Program-made: the position numbers and the translations under genes
Assembly (NCBI GenBank): GCA_052327205.1
Contig: CM126214.1
Location: 185,814,001 to 185,878,000 of the forward strand
Direction of reading: 5' to 3'
DNA from: Somniosus microcephalus
Lineage: Eukaryota
Length of the DNA stretch: 64,000 nucleotides
Notes under the pieces: generated by a model
Seen by the model: only the letters and a program-made list of their open reading frames with translations
Databases searched by the model: none
Told to the model about the DNA's origin: nothing
Shown: positions 1 to 10,171 of the stretch, piece after piece
Layout: the number at the start of each line of letters is the position of its first letter
How positions within the stretch are numbered: the first letter of the stretch is position 1

Positions 1-197
1 TCTTCCCAATATTTAATTGGTGAAAATTTTTGCTCATCCAGAACTGTATGTTGGATAAGCAGTCTGACAATTTAGAGACCGTGGAGACGTCGAGAGATGA
101 GGTAGTGAGGTAGAGCTGGGTGCCGTCAGTGTACATGTGGAAACTGATGCTGTGTTTTCAGATGATGTCGTCAAGGGGCAACATGTAGATGAGAAAT
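1..197 (-). mobile_element. L2-type LINE fragment (RT region)
   Basis: Minus strand reads ..HSISFHMYTDGTQLYLTTSS..LSDCLSNIQFWMSKNFHQLNIGK, a degenerate YADD RT segment of L2-clade LINEs. Confidence 0.7.
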
Positions 198-202
198 AAC
201 AA

Positions 203-385
203 ACACAGATTATCTGGTCATTATCACATTACTATTTGTGGGAGCTTGCTGTGTGCAAATTGGCTGCTGCGTTTCCTACATTACAACAGTGACTACACTT
301 CAAAAGTACTTCATTGGCTGTAAAGCGCTTTGGGATGTCCGGTAGTCATGAAAGGCGCTATATAAATGCAAGTTATTTCTGTCTT
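203..385 (+). mobile_element. 3' half of Deu-domain tRNA-SINE (SacSINE1/AmnSINE1-like)
   Basis: Matches the 3' half of fuller copies in the window (e.g. 33340-33795) and ends in the L2-like tail AGGCGCTATATAAATGCAAG. Confidence 0.75.
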
Positions 386-779
386 TCATAATTCCTGATC
401 AAAAAATCAGCCCGGTCTCACAAGTTGCCCATCTCCAGTCTTCCATTTTGAAAGCGAGTTTCTACCGTATCTTAAATATGTTTGGACACATAGATCTACC
501 AAGACAAGGAAATCTATATTTGTCACAAAGACATTTTCACTAACCTCCGAGCAGTGGTTTTAAAGAGAGGCTGAAGCAAAGGCCTGGTAACAGATTTTGC
601 AGGTCAGGCCTCTTCCTGTTCGGGGGAGCAGGAACTATTCCTTCACCCCTGTTGATGATTAGCTCAAGACCATCACTGGCAATGGTTTTAGTAGCTGATC
701 CCCTGTATGGCCATCCTATCAACTTTGGGAACACTCTATGGTGGAAATCAGGTAATGATAGAGGGATTGATATCCATAC

Positions 780-1298
780 AACAACAACTTGCTTTTGTAT
801 AGCACCTTTAACATAGTAAAATGTCCCACGGTGCTTCATAGGAGCGATTATCAAACAAAATTTAACACCAAGCCACATAAGGAGATATTAGGACAGGTGA
901 CCAAAAGCTTGGTCAAAGAGGTAGGTTTTAAGGAGAGTCTTAAAGGAGGAGAGAGAGGCGGCGAGGTTTAGGGAGGGAATTCCAGAGCTCGGGGCCCAGG
1001 CAGCTGAAGGCACAGCCACCGCTGATGGAGCGATGGAAATCGGGGATGCGCAAGAGGCCAGAATTAGAGGAGTGCAGAGATCTCAGGGGCGTGTAGGACT
1101 GGAGGAGGTTAAAGACATAGGGAGGGGCGAGGCCATGGAGGGATTGAAAAACAAGGATGAGAATTTTAAAGTCGAGGTGTTGCCGGACCGGGAGCCAATG
1201 TCGGTCAGTGAGCACAGGGGTGATGGGCGAACAATCTTGGTGCGAGGTAGGACACGGGCAGCAGAGTTTTAGATGAACATAAGTTTATGTAGGGTGGA
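780..1298 (-). mobile_element. L2 LINE 3' fragment
   Basis: ORF 940-1215 HWLPVRQHLDFKILILVFQSLHGLAPPY..GGCAFSCLGPELWNSLP is a typical L2 ORF2 C-terminus; (TTG)n tail at ~780. Confidence 0.85.
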
Positions 1299-1330
1299 AG
1301 ACAGATAGATAGATAAACAGACAGACAGAC

Positions 1331-1361
<31 letters not shown>

Positions 1362-1519
1362 TAGATAGACAGACAGACAGACAGGTAGATAATAGACAGA
1401 CAGACAAACAGATATAGATGGATAAAAAGATAGATACATGGATAGATTAATGAATAGATAGATAGACAGACAGACAGATAGATAGACAGACAGGTAGATG
1501 GATAAATAGATAAATAAAT
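1299..1519. repeat. (GATA/GACA)n tetranucleotide microsatellite running into an assembly gap
   Basis: Mixed AGAT/AGAC repeats seen directly. Confidence 0.95.
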
Positions 1520-1679
1520 NNNNNNNNNNNNNNNNNNNNNNNNNNNNNNNNNNNNNNNNNNNNNNNNNNNNNNNNNNNNNNNNNNNNNNNNNNNNNNNNN
1601 NNNNNNNNNNNNNNNNNNNNNNNNNNNNNNNNNNNNNNNNNNNNNNNNNNNNNNNNNNNNNNNNNNNNNNNNNNNNNNN
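1520..1679. other. Assembly gap (Ns)
   Basis: Run of N. Confidence 1.
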
Positions 1680-2793
1680 AGTTAGGGAAAACAAAGAAGT
1701 GAAAACATAGCAAGCGAGGGAGAATCTCCATTATTTAGCCTGGGATAGGCAACAATTAATTTTTTTTTAATGAAAATACATTAAATTTGACAGGTTCTTT
1801 AAAAAAAAGCACTGTCATAATATTTCATTGTTTTCATTTTATTTTTGCCACGCTGATGTTTTTCTAGAAATTTTTATTTGGAAATTAACCTGAGTTTCAC
1901 CCCAGCTGGGTTCCACCGCCTTATTCCGGCAGGGGAGTTGTAGATTCTGGAGTCTGGGCCAGGAGCGAGCTGCCCTGCCTGGCCAGGCCGTGTTTGTATT
2001 GTCTGAATTCCTCCAGCAGCACAGGGGAATACAGAGTTTCCCCTGCATTTAAACAAACATTACAATGCCTGCTGTGTATCTGCTCCCCCATCCCCGACCA
2101 ACTCAACTTGTCCTTCTGCCAGACACAGGCTCTTTTCTCCCTCTCTCTCTCCCTTTTCCCCTTCTGAGAGAGAGAAAAAAAATAGGTCATAAAAACTCGG
2201 AAGCTGAACGTCAGAATTCTTGCAGAGTGCGTGTCTAAAAGCCATTAATAATGCATCAAGAGCAGGTTAACTTAGGAGTCAGAGCTGCTGTCATTGTTAA
2301 AGGTGGAAGACCGATGGCATTAATGTTTGTCCGGTGGAAGCTTGCAGTTTAAGAAGCATGATATAATGCAGTTGATTGTTTCCTACAACCTGATTGACTC
2401 GAGGGTGTATGTATGTGTGTGTGTGTTATAATGAACTCCACATTTCACAGCTAGTTACAGAGGGCTAGATTTTCAGTTGATAGCGCCAGCAGTTAGCGCC
2501 TTAAGAGAAGTGATTTTCGGGCGCTATGCGTGTAGCGCCCGTGCGCAGCGCAGTTTGCGCCCCGCCCCAAATTAAGTTGCCCGTTAGCGCCGGCGCAAAG
2601 TTTAGCGCCCGCCCGGATGCGCGCGCAGAAAATGACGTCACATCCTCGTGCAACGCCCTTTGTGCGCCCCGATTCCAAACTTCAGTCGGACCGCCCCATT
2701 GTGCGGCTGGCGGCCGGAGCGTTTGGAAAAAGGAACGCAACACAACCAGCGCGGGCCCCGGGGGGCGCAAATTAAAGGGGACGTGCTCTCCAG

Positions 2794-2799
2794 TATAAA
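2794..2799 (+). promoter_or_regulatory. Putative TATA box of the transposase gene
   Basis: TATAAA ~165 bp upstream of ATG 2962; mirrored in copy 2. Confidence 0.45.
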
Positions 2800-2961
2800 G
2801 GCCAGCCTTTTTTCAGAAAACACTCTTGTGCAACGCATTTCTGGAGACACAACAAGGAGGATAGCTAACTGGTTTTAAGCAGCAAGAGCTCAGGTATTTT
2901 TGGACTCAGGCCAAAGCGCTGCAAGTGGCCTTTTGGAAATTTGAGTGTTTGCCAGGATTTG

Positions 2962-4113
2962 ATGGGGGTTGCATGGGGTGCCAACGCGAAGCTGCAGCTC
3001 CATGTCCGTAGGGCTCGCAGACGCATTGTGAGAGGGGCAGCCCTGGCTAGAGGCAGAGGGGGCTACAGGCGTCGGCCACGTAGGCCTTACCCAGTCAGGC
3101 TATACCGCCAGCAGCGCTCCTACCTAAACATGAGTGCCGCGCGATGTGTTAAAAGGCTCCGATTCCGAAAGGAGGTGATTGCAGAGATCTGCCACCTGCT
3201 TCGCCGAGATCTGCGGCCAAAGCTCAGGTGCAGGACGTCTCTGTCGGTGGAAGTGAAGGTGACGGTGGCATTGAACTTCTATGCCACCGGCTCCTTCCAA
3301 TACGCTGCTGGGGACATAGCAAACATCTCCCAGTACGGCGCGCATCGCTGCATCCGCCAGGTGACCGAAGCACTGTTCAGAAGGAGAAGCCAATTCATCT
3401 CCTTCCCCATGGCCCTGGAGAGCCAGCATCAGCGCGCATTGGGATTTTCCAGACTCGGGGAATTCCCCTTGGTGCAGGGCGCCATTAACTGTACGCATGT
3501 GGCTTTGTGGGCCCCTCTGGAGCATGGCGAGCAGTATCGCAACAGGAAGGGCTACCATTCTCTGAATGTGCAGCTGGTGTGTGACCACAAGCAGCGCATC
3601 ATGGCAGTCAATGCCAGCTTCCCAGGCAGCAGCCACGATGCCTTTATCCTGCGGCAGAGTACTGTGCATGACATGTTCCAGGCACAGCCTCCCCCAAGAG
3701 GATGGCTACTCGGGGACAAAGGCTATCCTTTGTGCACCTGGCTCATGACCCCGCTCCGCGCGCCCAGAACCGCTGCTGAAGAGACCTACAACGAGAGCCA
3801 TCAAACCACCCGCAACATCATCGAGCTAACTATTGGGGTCCTCAAGCAGCAGTTCCGCTGCCTTGATCGCTCCGGAGGAGCTCTCCAGTATTCGCCGGAC
3901 CGGGTCTCCCAATTTGTGGTGGTTTGCTGCATGCTACACAACCTGGCTATCCGCAGGACTCAGGCACTGCCACCTGACGTTGGACCAGCACCTCAGGAGG
4001 AGGAGCAGGAGGAGCATGAGGAGGAGGAGGAGGAGGAGCAGGAGTACGTTCCCAGGAGGGAGCGACCAGGGCCAAGGGCCGCACGACGCCACCTTATTAC
4101 ATGGTACTTCTAA
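2962..4113 (+). CDS. HARBI1-like Harbinger DDE transposase (383 aa), first catalytic Asp replaced by Asn
   Basis: Motifs GAI(N)CTHV, YRNRKGYHSLNVQLVCD, PGSSHD, LLGDKGY, R..IE.TIG.LK..FRCL, CCMLHN and an acidic tail; ATG 2962 is in frame. Confidence 0.92.
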   Translation: MGVAWGANAKLQLHVRRARRRIVRGAALARGRGGYRRRPRRPYPVRLYRQQRSYLNMSAARCVKRLRFRKEVIAEICHLLRRDLRPKLRCRTSLSVEVKVTVALNFYATGSFQYAAGDIANISQYGAHRCIRQVTEALFRRRSQFISFPMALESQHQRALGFSRLGEFPLVQGAINCTHVALWAPLEHGEQYRNRKGYHSLNVQLVCDHKQRIMAVNASFPGSSHDAFILRQSTVHDMFQAQPPPRGWLLGDKGYPLCTWLMTPLRAPRTAAEETYNESHQTTRNIIELTIGVLKQQFRCLDRSGGALQYSPDRVSQFVVVCCMLHNLAIRRTQALPPDVGPAPQEEEQEEHEEEEEEEQEYVPRRERPGPRAARRHLITWYF

Positions 4114-4476
4114 GCCCCCTGTCAGGGAATGGCCAGGGGCCATGAGGGAAGATGAATGCAGCCGCTCCGCAAGCCCTCAGCCGGCGAAGCCAACAAACAC
4201 TAAGAAGAACAACCATGGAGACTGCATGAATAAAGATAATTTTTTATTACACAAAAATGAAAAGCCCTTCCCACATGAATCCCCAAAAACAATAAACGGG
4301 CCCCACAAAAAGCCCAACAAACGACTCACTCCCACAAACTGGGGAGGAGTCACTCCACCTTTCTTCAAACCGGGCCTCAACGTCGGCCTAACGCAAAAAA
4401 TAAGCCCTCCAACAACACAACCATGGGCAAAATAAAGATGGCCACCGCCATATAAAAGGAAAGCTGGCCACACCCT

Positions 4477-6525
4477 CTACTGAGTGGCCCGTGAGGGCGA
4501 GACCTTGCCCAGCCTTTTGCCTCCCCTGCCCGGCCTGCTGCTCCTTCGCAAGCTCTGCCCAGTGGCTGCTGCGAGGCTGGGGGAAGGTGCCTGAGGCTCA
4601 GATGACCTTCCGCCAGATGCCGCTGGGGGGCGGCCTACACGGCGTTTGGGCCTCGAGGGGCCGTCTGCTGAGTGGCGCACCTGAGCCTGGCCACCATCAG
4701 CTGCAGCCGCTTGCCCTTGACGCCCCAGTGGGGGAATGGCGGCGACGGATGGCGCAATGTGGGCCAGCTGGCGTCTGGGATGCGCTGGCTGGTGCTGCGG
4801 CGCGGTGGCACTCGGCCGGGCCCGCACTGCAGGATCCGCAACAATCAGCCGAGGGGCGGCTTGCTGGGATGGTCCAGCGCGGCGGCTGCCCTGGCGATGC
4901 CTGCCTGAGACAGCGCGTGTGGCAGCAGTGAGTGCCCCTGTTGTCCTGGTGTGCGCGCGCATCACATCCGCCAGGGTCTTGACGGCATCAGTCAGCATGC
5001 GGCCACTCGCGGCAGTTGCTGCCCCGAACTCGCGCACACTGGTCGCCAGCGACTCGATGGCCTCAGGCATGCGCCCCACCACGCTCATGAGCTCCGTGTG
5101 GCGCCGGTCCGAATCCTCGGCCATCTTATCCAGCTTCCGCACCTCCTCCGAGGTGAAGGTGTCCGGACTGGAGTCGCGACTCTCCCGCTGGGGAGGAGGG
5201 GGCCGAACTAAGGGACCCTTGCCACGTTGGTGGCGGCGAGTGTGCCTATCAGCAGCACTCCCCTCTGATCCTTCCCCCCTTTGGGGGGAAGGCCGCGGGC
5301 CACGCGCACGGCTCCTGGGTGGCTGGACGCCACTGGTCCCAGAAGCTGCATTGCCCTGCGACAGTTCCTCCAGGCACTCGTCCAGTGAGGAGGTGTCAAG
5401 CATTTCCTCCTCTCCTGCGGGACGTGACTGTTCCCCCGATGGTCCGGCTTGCTCCTCCTCCTCCTCCTGCTCAGAGGTGCTGTCACTGGCAGCTTCAGGG
5501 TCCTGGTCGTCACCAGCTGAAAGCAGGAATGCACAAGAGTAGCTTCAGAGTGAGGAGACGGCGTCAGCGAGGGAGTTAGGACTGGTGGCATTCAGCGCAT
5601 TGGTGGGACAGTGGCAAAGGAGGTAGCTCGGATGGGCCAGTGCGACGCGAGAGGGCCAAAAGGCGAGGTCCTTACCATTGCCGGGCAGTGGAGGGTCGGC
5701 TACTCCGCACGCTGTGGGGACGATCACACGGGCTCCCATGAGCACACACACGCGCTCCTCCAGCCGAGTGAGCTTCTGCAGCTTGGCGCGGCCACCCCTG
5801 GCACGGGCCTGGCGATTAAAGGCTACTTTAGCCTGCAAGAGAAAGGACGGGCTGTAAGTGCGCAGTGTAGCCCTGATGTAGTGTGCACTGTCTCCCATGG
5901 TGGAATAGCTTGGCCAGAATGAAGCCCTGATGTAGTGTGCACTGCCTCCCATGGTGGAATAGCTTGGCCAGAGTGAAGCCCTGATGTAGTGTGCACTGCC
6001 TCCCATGGTGGAATAGCTTGGCCAGAGTGAAGCCCTGATGTAGTGTGCACAGCCTCCCATGGTGGAATAGCTTGGCCAGAGTGAAGCCCTGATGTAGTGT
6101 GCACAGCCTCCCATGGTGGAATAGCTTGGCCAAAGTGTAGAGTGCCGAATAGCCATTTGATGCTCATGACTGTCCCAATGCTGCTGGCTGAGGGCTGGCC
6201 AATAGGACTTTCAGCTCCCTTTGCCCATCATGTCAGGTGTACATGCAAGAATGAGGAGGAGACTGGAAAGGCTACTCACCTTGACAATCCTGGTCAGGTC
6301 ATTGTATTTTTTACGACATTGTTTGTGGGTCCTGGGGGCAACGCCGGTGAACGTCACCCTCTGGGCGATCTGCTTCCAGGCTTTGGTGTAGTCGTGGTGG
6401 GTTGGATTCCTCCCACTCTCTGGGAACAAGATCTTGCGCCTCACCTCCAGAGTTGTGACCATTATGTCCAGATCACCCTCTGAGAAGCGCAGGGCACGCT
6501 GACGGGCCTTCTCTGGCGTTGCCAT
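4477..6525 (-). CDS. Harbinger Myb/SANT-like DNA-binding protein, predicted 3 exons complement(join(4477..5516,5676..5832,6280..6525)), ~480 aa
   Basis: Exon 1 RFSEGDLDIMV..W..IA..V......RT..QCRKKYNDL is a Myb/SANT-like (NAIF1/MSANTD type) domain; GT-AG introns join exons in frame with ORF 4477-5403. Confidence 0.85.
5869..6136. repeat. 54-bp minisatellite, ~5 copies, in intron 1 of the Myb gene
   Basis: Unit CCCTGATGTAGTGTGCAC..CCCATGGTGGAATAGCTTGGCCAGAGTGAAG starts at 5871, 5925, 5979, 6033, 6087. Confidence 0.95.
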
Positions 6526-7759
6526 GACTCCCTGGGGCTGAGCAGCAGTGTTGAGGCCTCTTTGCAAGGCTGCAGTGTGCAGGGCATGGCAGCAGACCAA
6601 TTCGTCCCTTCCCCCTTTAAGAGCTGGTCGGCGCCACGGGGTCTGCTGTCAGTCCAAAAATGACCGCACCCGCGCTGCGCCCCGCCTGGGCGCTATCCCT
6701 CTGGACCGCCGGCTTAGCGCCTAAAGATAGTAGTGGAACGCCTCTTTTAGCGCTCCACCAACCTCTTAGGGCGAAGCCACTGAATTCCTGGCAACGGGGC
6801 GCTACTTTGGGGCGGGCGCTAACTTCGGGCGGGCGCTAAGGTTAGCGCCCCAAAACTGCCTATACTGAAAATCTAGCCCTTAGATTTTTTGTGTGCAATG
6901 CTGCGGTGTGGGAAATTTCAGAGAATTTCTTTAAATGTAACGGGTGCATTTAAAAAAAATAGTATTGGCATTCACAAGTGATTCGTGAGTGTTGGCGATC
7001 CCTCAGTATCATGGGTTAAGTACAATGGGTAAACTCCTTCTACAACGCCCCAACAAACTAACTTGAAGCCTGGAGCTTCCGCCGCATTTGCGTCCAGAGA
7101 CGGGCCAAAATCTGGGCGCAAACCAGTTCCGCGCCTTAAAAGGTCGCGGAATTTCGGGCGTAAGTGAATTCCGCGCACAATACGCCCAGGTCTCCTTTTA
7201 CAGCCGTGCGGTAAACCCTCCGCCCGAACCGAATCTCAGCCACCCGCAGTTTGTTTCCATGTGCAGACCAGACCACAACTGAGGGGTTTTACCCGTCAGA
7301 TCAAAGACAGAACAGGCTGGGGCTCTTCTCTCTAGAAAAGAGAAGACAGAGGGGTGACCTGATAGAGTTCTTTAAGATTGTGAAAGGGGTAGAGGTAGAG
7401 AAGATGGGCTAGATTTTCAGTATAGGCAGTTTTGGGGCGCTAACCTTAGCGCCCGCCCGAAGTTAGCGCCCGCCCCAAAGTAGCGCCCCGTTGCCGGGAA
7501 TTCAGTGGCTTCGCCCTAAGAGGTTGGTGGAGCGCTAAAAGAGGCGTTCCACTACTATCTTTAGGCGCTAAGCCGGCGGTCCAGAGGGATAGCGCCCAGG
7601 CGGGGCGCAGCGCGGGTGCGGTCATTTTTGGACTGACAGCAGACCCCGTGGCGCCGACCAGCTCTTAAAGGGGGAAGGGACGAATTGGTCTGCTGCCACG
7701 CCCTGCACACTGCAGCCTTGCAAAGAGGCCTCAACACTGCTGCTCAGCCCCAGGGAGTC

Positions 7760-9808
7760 ATGGCAACGCCAGAGAAGGCCCGTCAGCGTGCCCTGCGCTT
7801 CTCAGAGGGTGATCTGGACATAATGGTCACAGCTCTGGAGGTGAGGCGCAAGATCTTGTTCCCAGAGAGTGGGAGGAATCCAACCCACCACGACTACACC
7901 AAAGCCTGGAAGCAGATCGCCCAGAGGGTGACGTTCACCGGCGATGCCCCCAGGACCCACAAACAATGTCGTAAAAAATACAACGACCTGACCAGGATTG
8001 TCAGGGTGAGTACCCTTTCCAGTCTCCTCCTCATTCTTGCATGTACACCTGACATGATGGGCAAAGGGAGCTGAAAGTCCAATTGGCCAGCCCTCAGCCA
8101 GCAGCATTGGGACAGTCATGAGCATCAATTGGCCATTCGGCACTCTACACTCTGGCCAAGCTATTCCACCATGGGAGGCTGTGCACACTACATCAGGGAT
8201 TCACTCTGGCCAAGCTATTCCACCATGGGAGGCTGTGCACACTACATCAGGGCTTCACTCTGTCCAAGCTATTCCACCATGGGAGGCAGTGCACACTACA
8301 TCAGGGCTTCACTCTGGCCAAGCTATTCCACCATGGGAGGCAGTGCACACTACATCAGGGCTTCACTCTGGCCAAGCTATTCCACCATGGGAGGCAGTGC
8401 ACACTACATCAGGGCTACACTGCGCACTTACAGCCCGTCCTTTCTCTTGCAGGCTAAAGTAGCCTTTAATCGCCAGGCCCGTGCCAGGGGTGGCCGCGCC
8501 AAGCTGCAGAAGCTCACTCGGCTGGAGGAGCGCGCGTGTGTGCTCATGGGAGCCCGTGTGATCGTCCCCACAGCGTGCGGAGTATCCGACCCTCCACTGC
8601 CCGGCAATGGTAAGGACCTCGCCTTTTGGCCCTCTCGCGTCGCACTGGCCCATCCGAGCTACCTCCTTTGCCACTGTCCCACCAATGCGCTGAATGCCAC
8701 CAGTCCTAACTCCCTCGCTGATGCCGTCTCCTCACTCTGAAGCTACTCTTGTGCATTCCTGCTTTCAGCTGGTGACGACCAGGACCCTGAAGCTGCCAGT
8801 GACAGCACCTCCGAGCAGGAGGAGGAGGAGGAGCAAGCCGGACCATCGGGGGAACAGTCACGTCCCGCAGGAGAGGAGGAAATGCTTGACACCTCCTCAC
8901 TGGATGAGTGCCTGGAGGAACTGTCGCAGGGCAATGCAGCTTCTGGGACCAGTGGCGTCCAGCCACCCAGGAGCCGTGCGCGTGGCCCGCGGCCTTCCCC
9001 CCAAAGGGGGGAAGGATCAGAGGGGAGTGCTGCTGATAGGCACACTCGCCGCCACCAACGTGGCAAGGGTCCCCTAGTTCGGCCCCCTCCTCCCCAGCGG
9101 GAGAGTCGCGACTCCAGTCCGGACACCTTCACCTCGGAGGAGGTGCGGAAGCTGGATAAGATGGCCGAGGATTCGGACCGGTGCCACACGGAGCTCATGA
9201 GCGTGGTGGGGCGCATGCCTGAGGCCATCGAGTCGCTGGCGACCAGTGTGCGCGAGTTCGGGGCAGCAACTGCCGCGAGTGGCGGCATGCTGACTGATGC
9301 CGTCAAGACCCTGGCGGATGTGATGCGGGCGCACACCAGGACAACAGGGGCACTCACTGCTGCCACACGCGCTGTCTCAGGCAGGCATCGCCAGGGCAGC
9401 CGCCGCGCTGGACCATCCCAGCAAGCCGCCCCTCGGCTGATTGTTGCGGATCCTGCAGTGCGGGCCCGGACGAGTGCCACCGCGCCACAGCACCAGCCAG
9501 CGCATCCCAGACGCCAGCTGGCCCACATTGCGCCATCCGTCGCCGCCATTCCCCCACTGGGGCGTCAAGGGCAAGCGGCTGCAGCTGATGGTGGCCAGGC
9601 TCAGGTGCGCCACTCAGCAGACGGCCCCTCGAGGCCCAAACGCCGTGTAGGCCGCCCCCCAGCGGCATCTGGCGGAAGGGCATCTGAGCCTCAGGCGCCT
9701 TCCCCCAGCCTCGCAGCAGCCACTGGGCAGAGCTTGCGAAGGTGCAGCAGGCCGGGCAGGGGAGGCAAAAGGCTGGGCAAGGTCTCGCCCTCGCGGGCCA
9801 CTCAGTAG
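7760..9808 (+). CDS. Harbinger Myb/SANT-like protein, predicted join(7760..8005,8453..8609,8769..9808), 480 aa
   Basis: Donor AGG|GTGAGT at 8005, acceptor TTTCTCTTGCAG| at 8452, donor ATG|GTAAGG at 8609, acceptor CTTTCAG| at 8768; the splice keeps frame into ORF 8882-9808. Confidence 0.87.
8149..8416. repeat. 54-bp minisatellite, ~5 copies (mirror of 5869-6136)
   Basis: Tandem repeats seen directly. Confidence 0.95.
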
Positions 9809-10171
9809 AGGGTGTGGCCAGCTTTCCTTTTATATGGTGGTGGCCATCTTTATTTTGCCCATGGTTGTGTTGTTGGAGGGCTTATTTTTTGCGTTAGGCC
9901 GACATTGAGGCCCGGTTTGAAGAAATGTGGAGTGACTCCTCCCCAGTTTGTGGGAGTGAGTCGTTTGTTGGGCTTTTTGTGGGGCCCGTTTATTGTTTTT
10001 GGGGATTCATGTGGGAAGGGCTTTTCATTTTTGTGTAATAAATAATTATCTTTATTCATGCAGTCTCCATGGTTGTTCTTCTTAGTGTTTGTTGGCTTCG
10101 CCGGCTGAGGGCTTGCGGAGCGGCTGCATTCATCTTCCCTCATGGCCCCTGGCCATTCCCTGACAGGGGGC

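Larger units (their letters stand above)
2462..6879 (+). mobile_element. PIF/Harbinger DNA transposon, full-length copy 1 (4418 bp)
   Basis: TIR GGGCTAGATTTTCAG at 2462-2476 and its inverse at 6865-6879; subterminal TAGCGCC arrays; transposase plus convergent Myb/SANT gene; flanks AGA/TTA do not form a clean TSD. Confidence 0.97.

Noticed and set aside
1269-1731. ORFs spanning the microsatellite and N gap
   Set aside because: Low-complexity and gap artefacts
2941-4113. Domesticated host HARBI1/NAIF1 genes
   Set aside because: The genes sit within TIRs, occur as two copies, and one copy has a TSD inside a CR1, so they are transposon genes; no symbol given
4736-5542. 268-aa antisense ORF (also 8743-9549)
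   Set aside because: Shadow of the GC-rich Myb exon 3; no domain, and its presence in both copies reflects recent duplication
5545-6167. Repeat-protein ORFs or a CRISPR-like array (also 8118-8740)
   Set aside because: Intronic 54-bp tandem repeat with no unique spacers; the ORFs arise from the unit length
7065-7260. GC-rich MITE-like piece in the palindrome spacer
   Set aside because: No paired TIR or TSD could be defined
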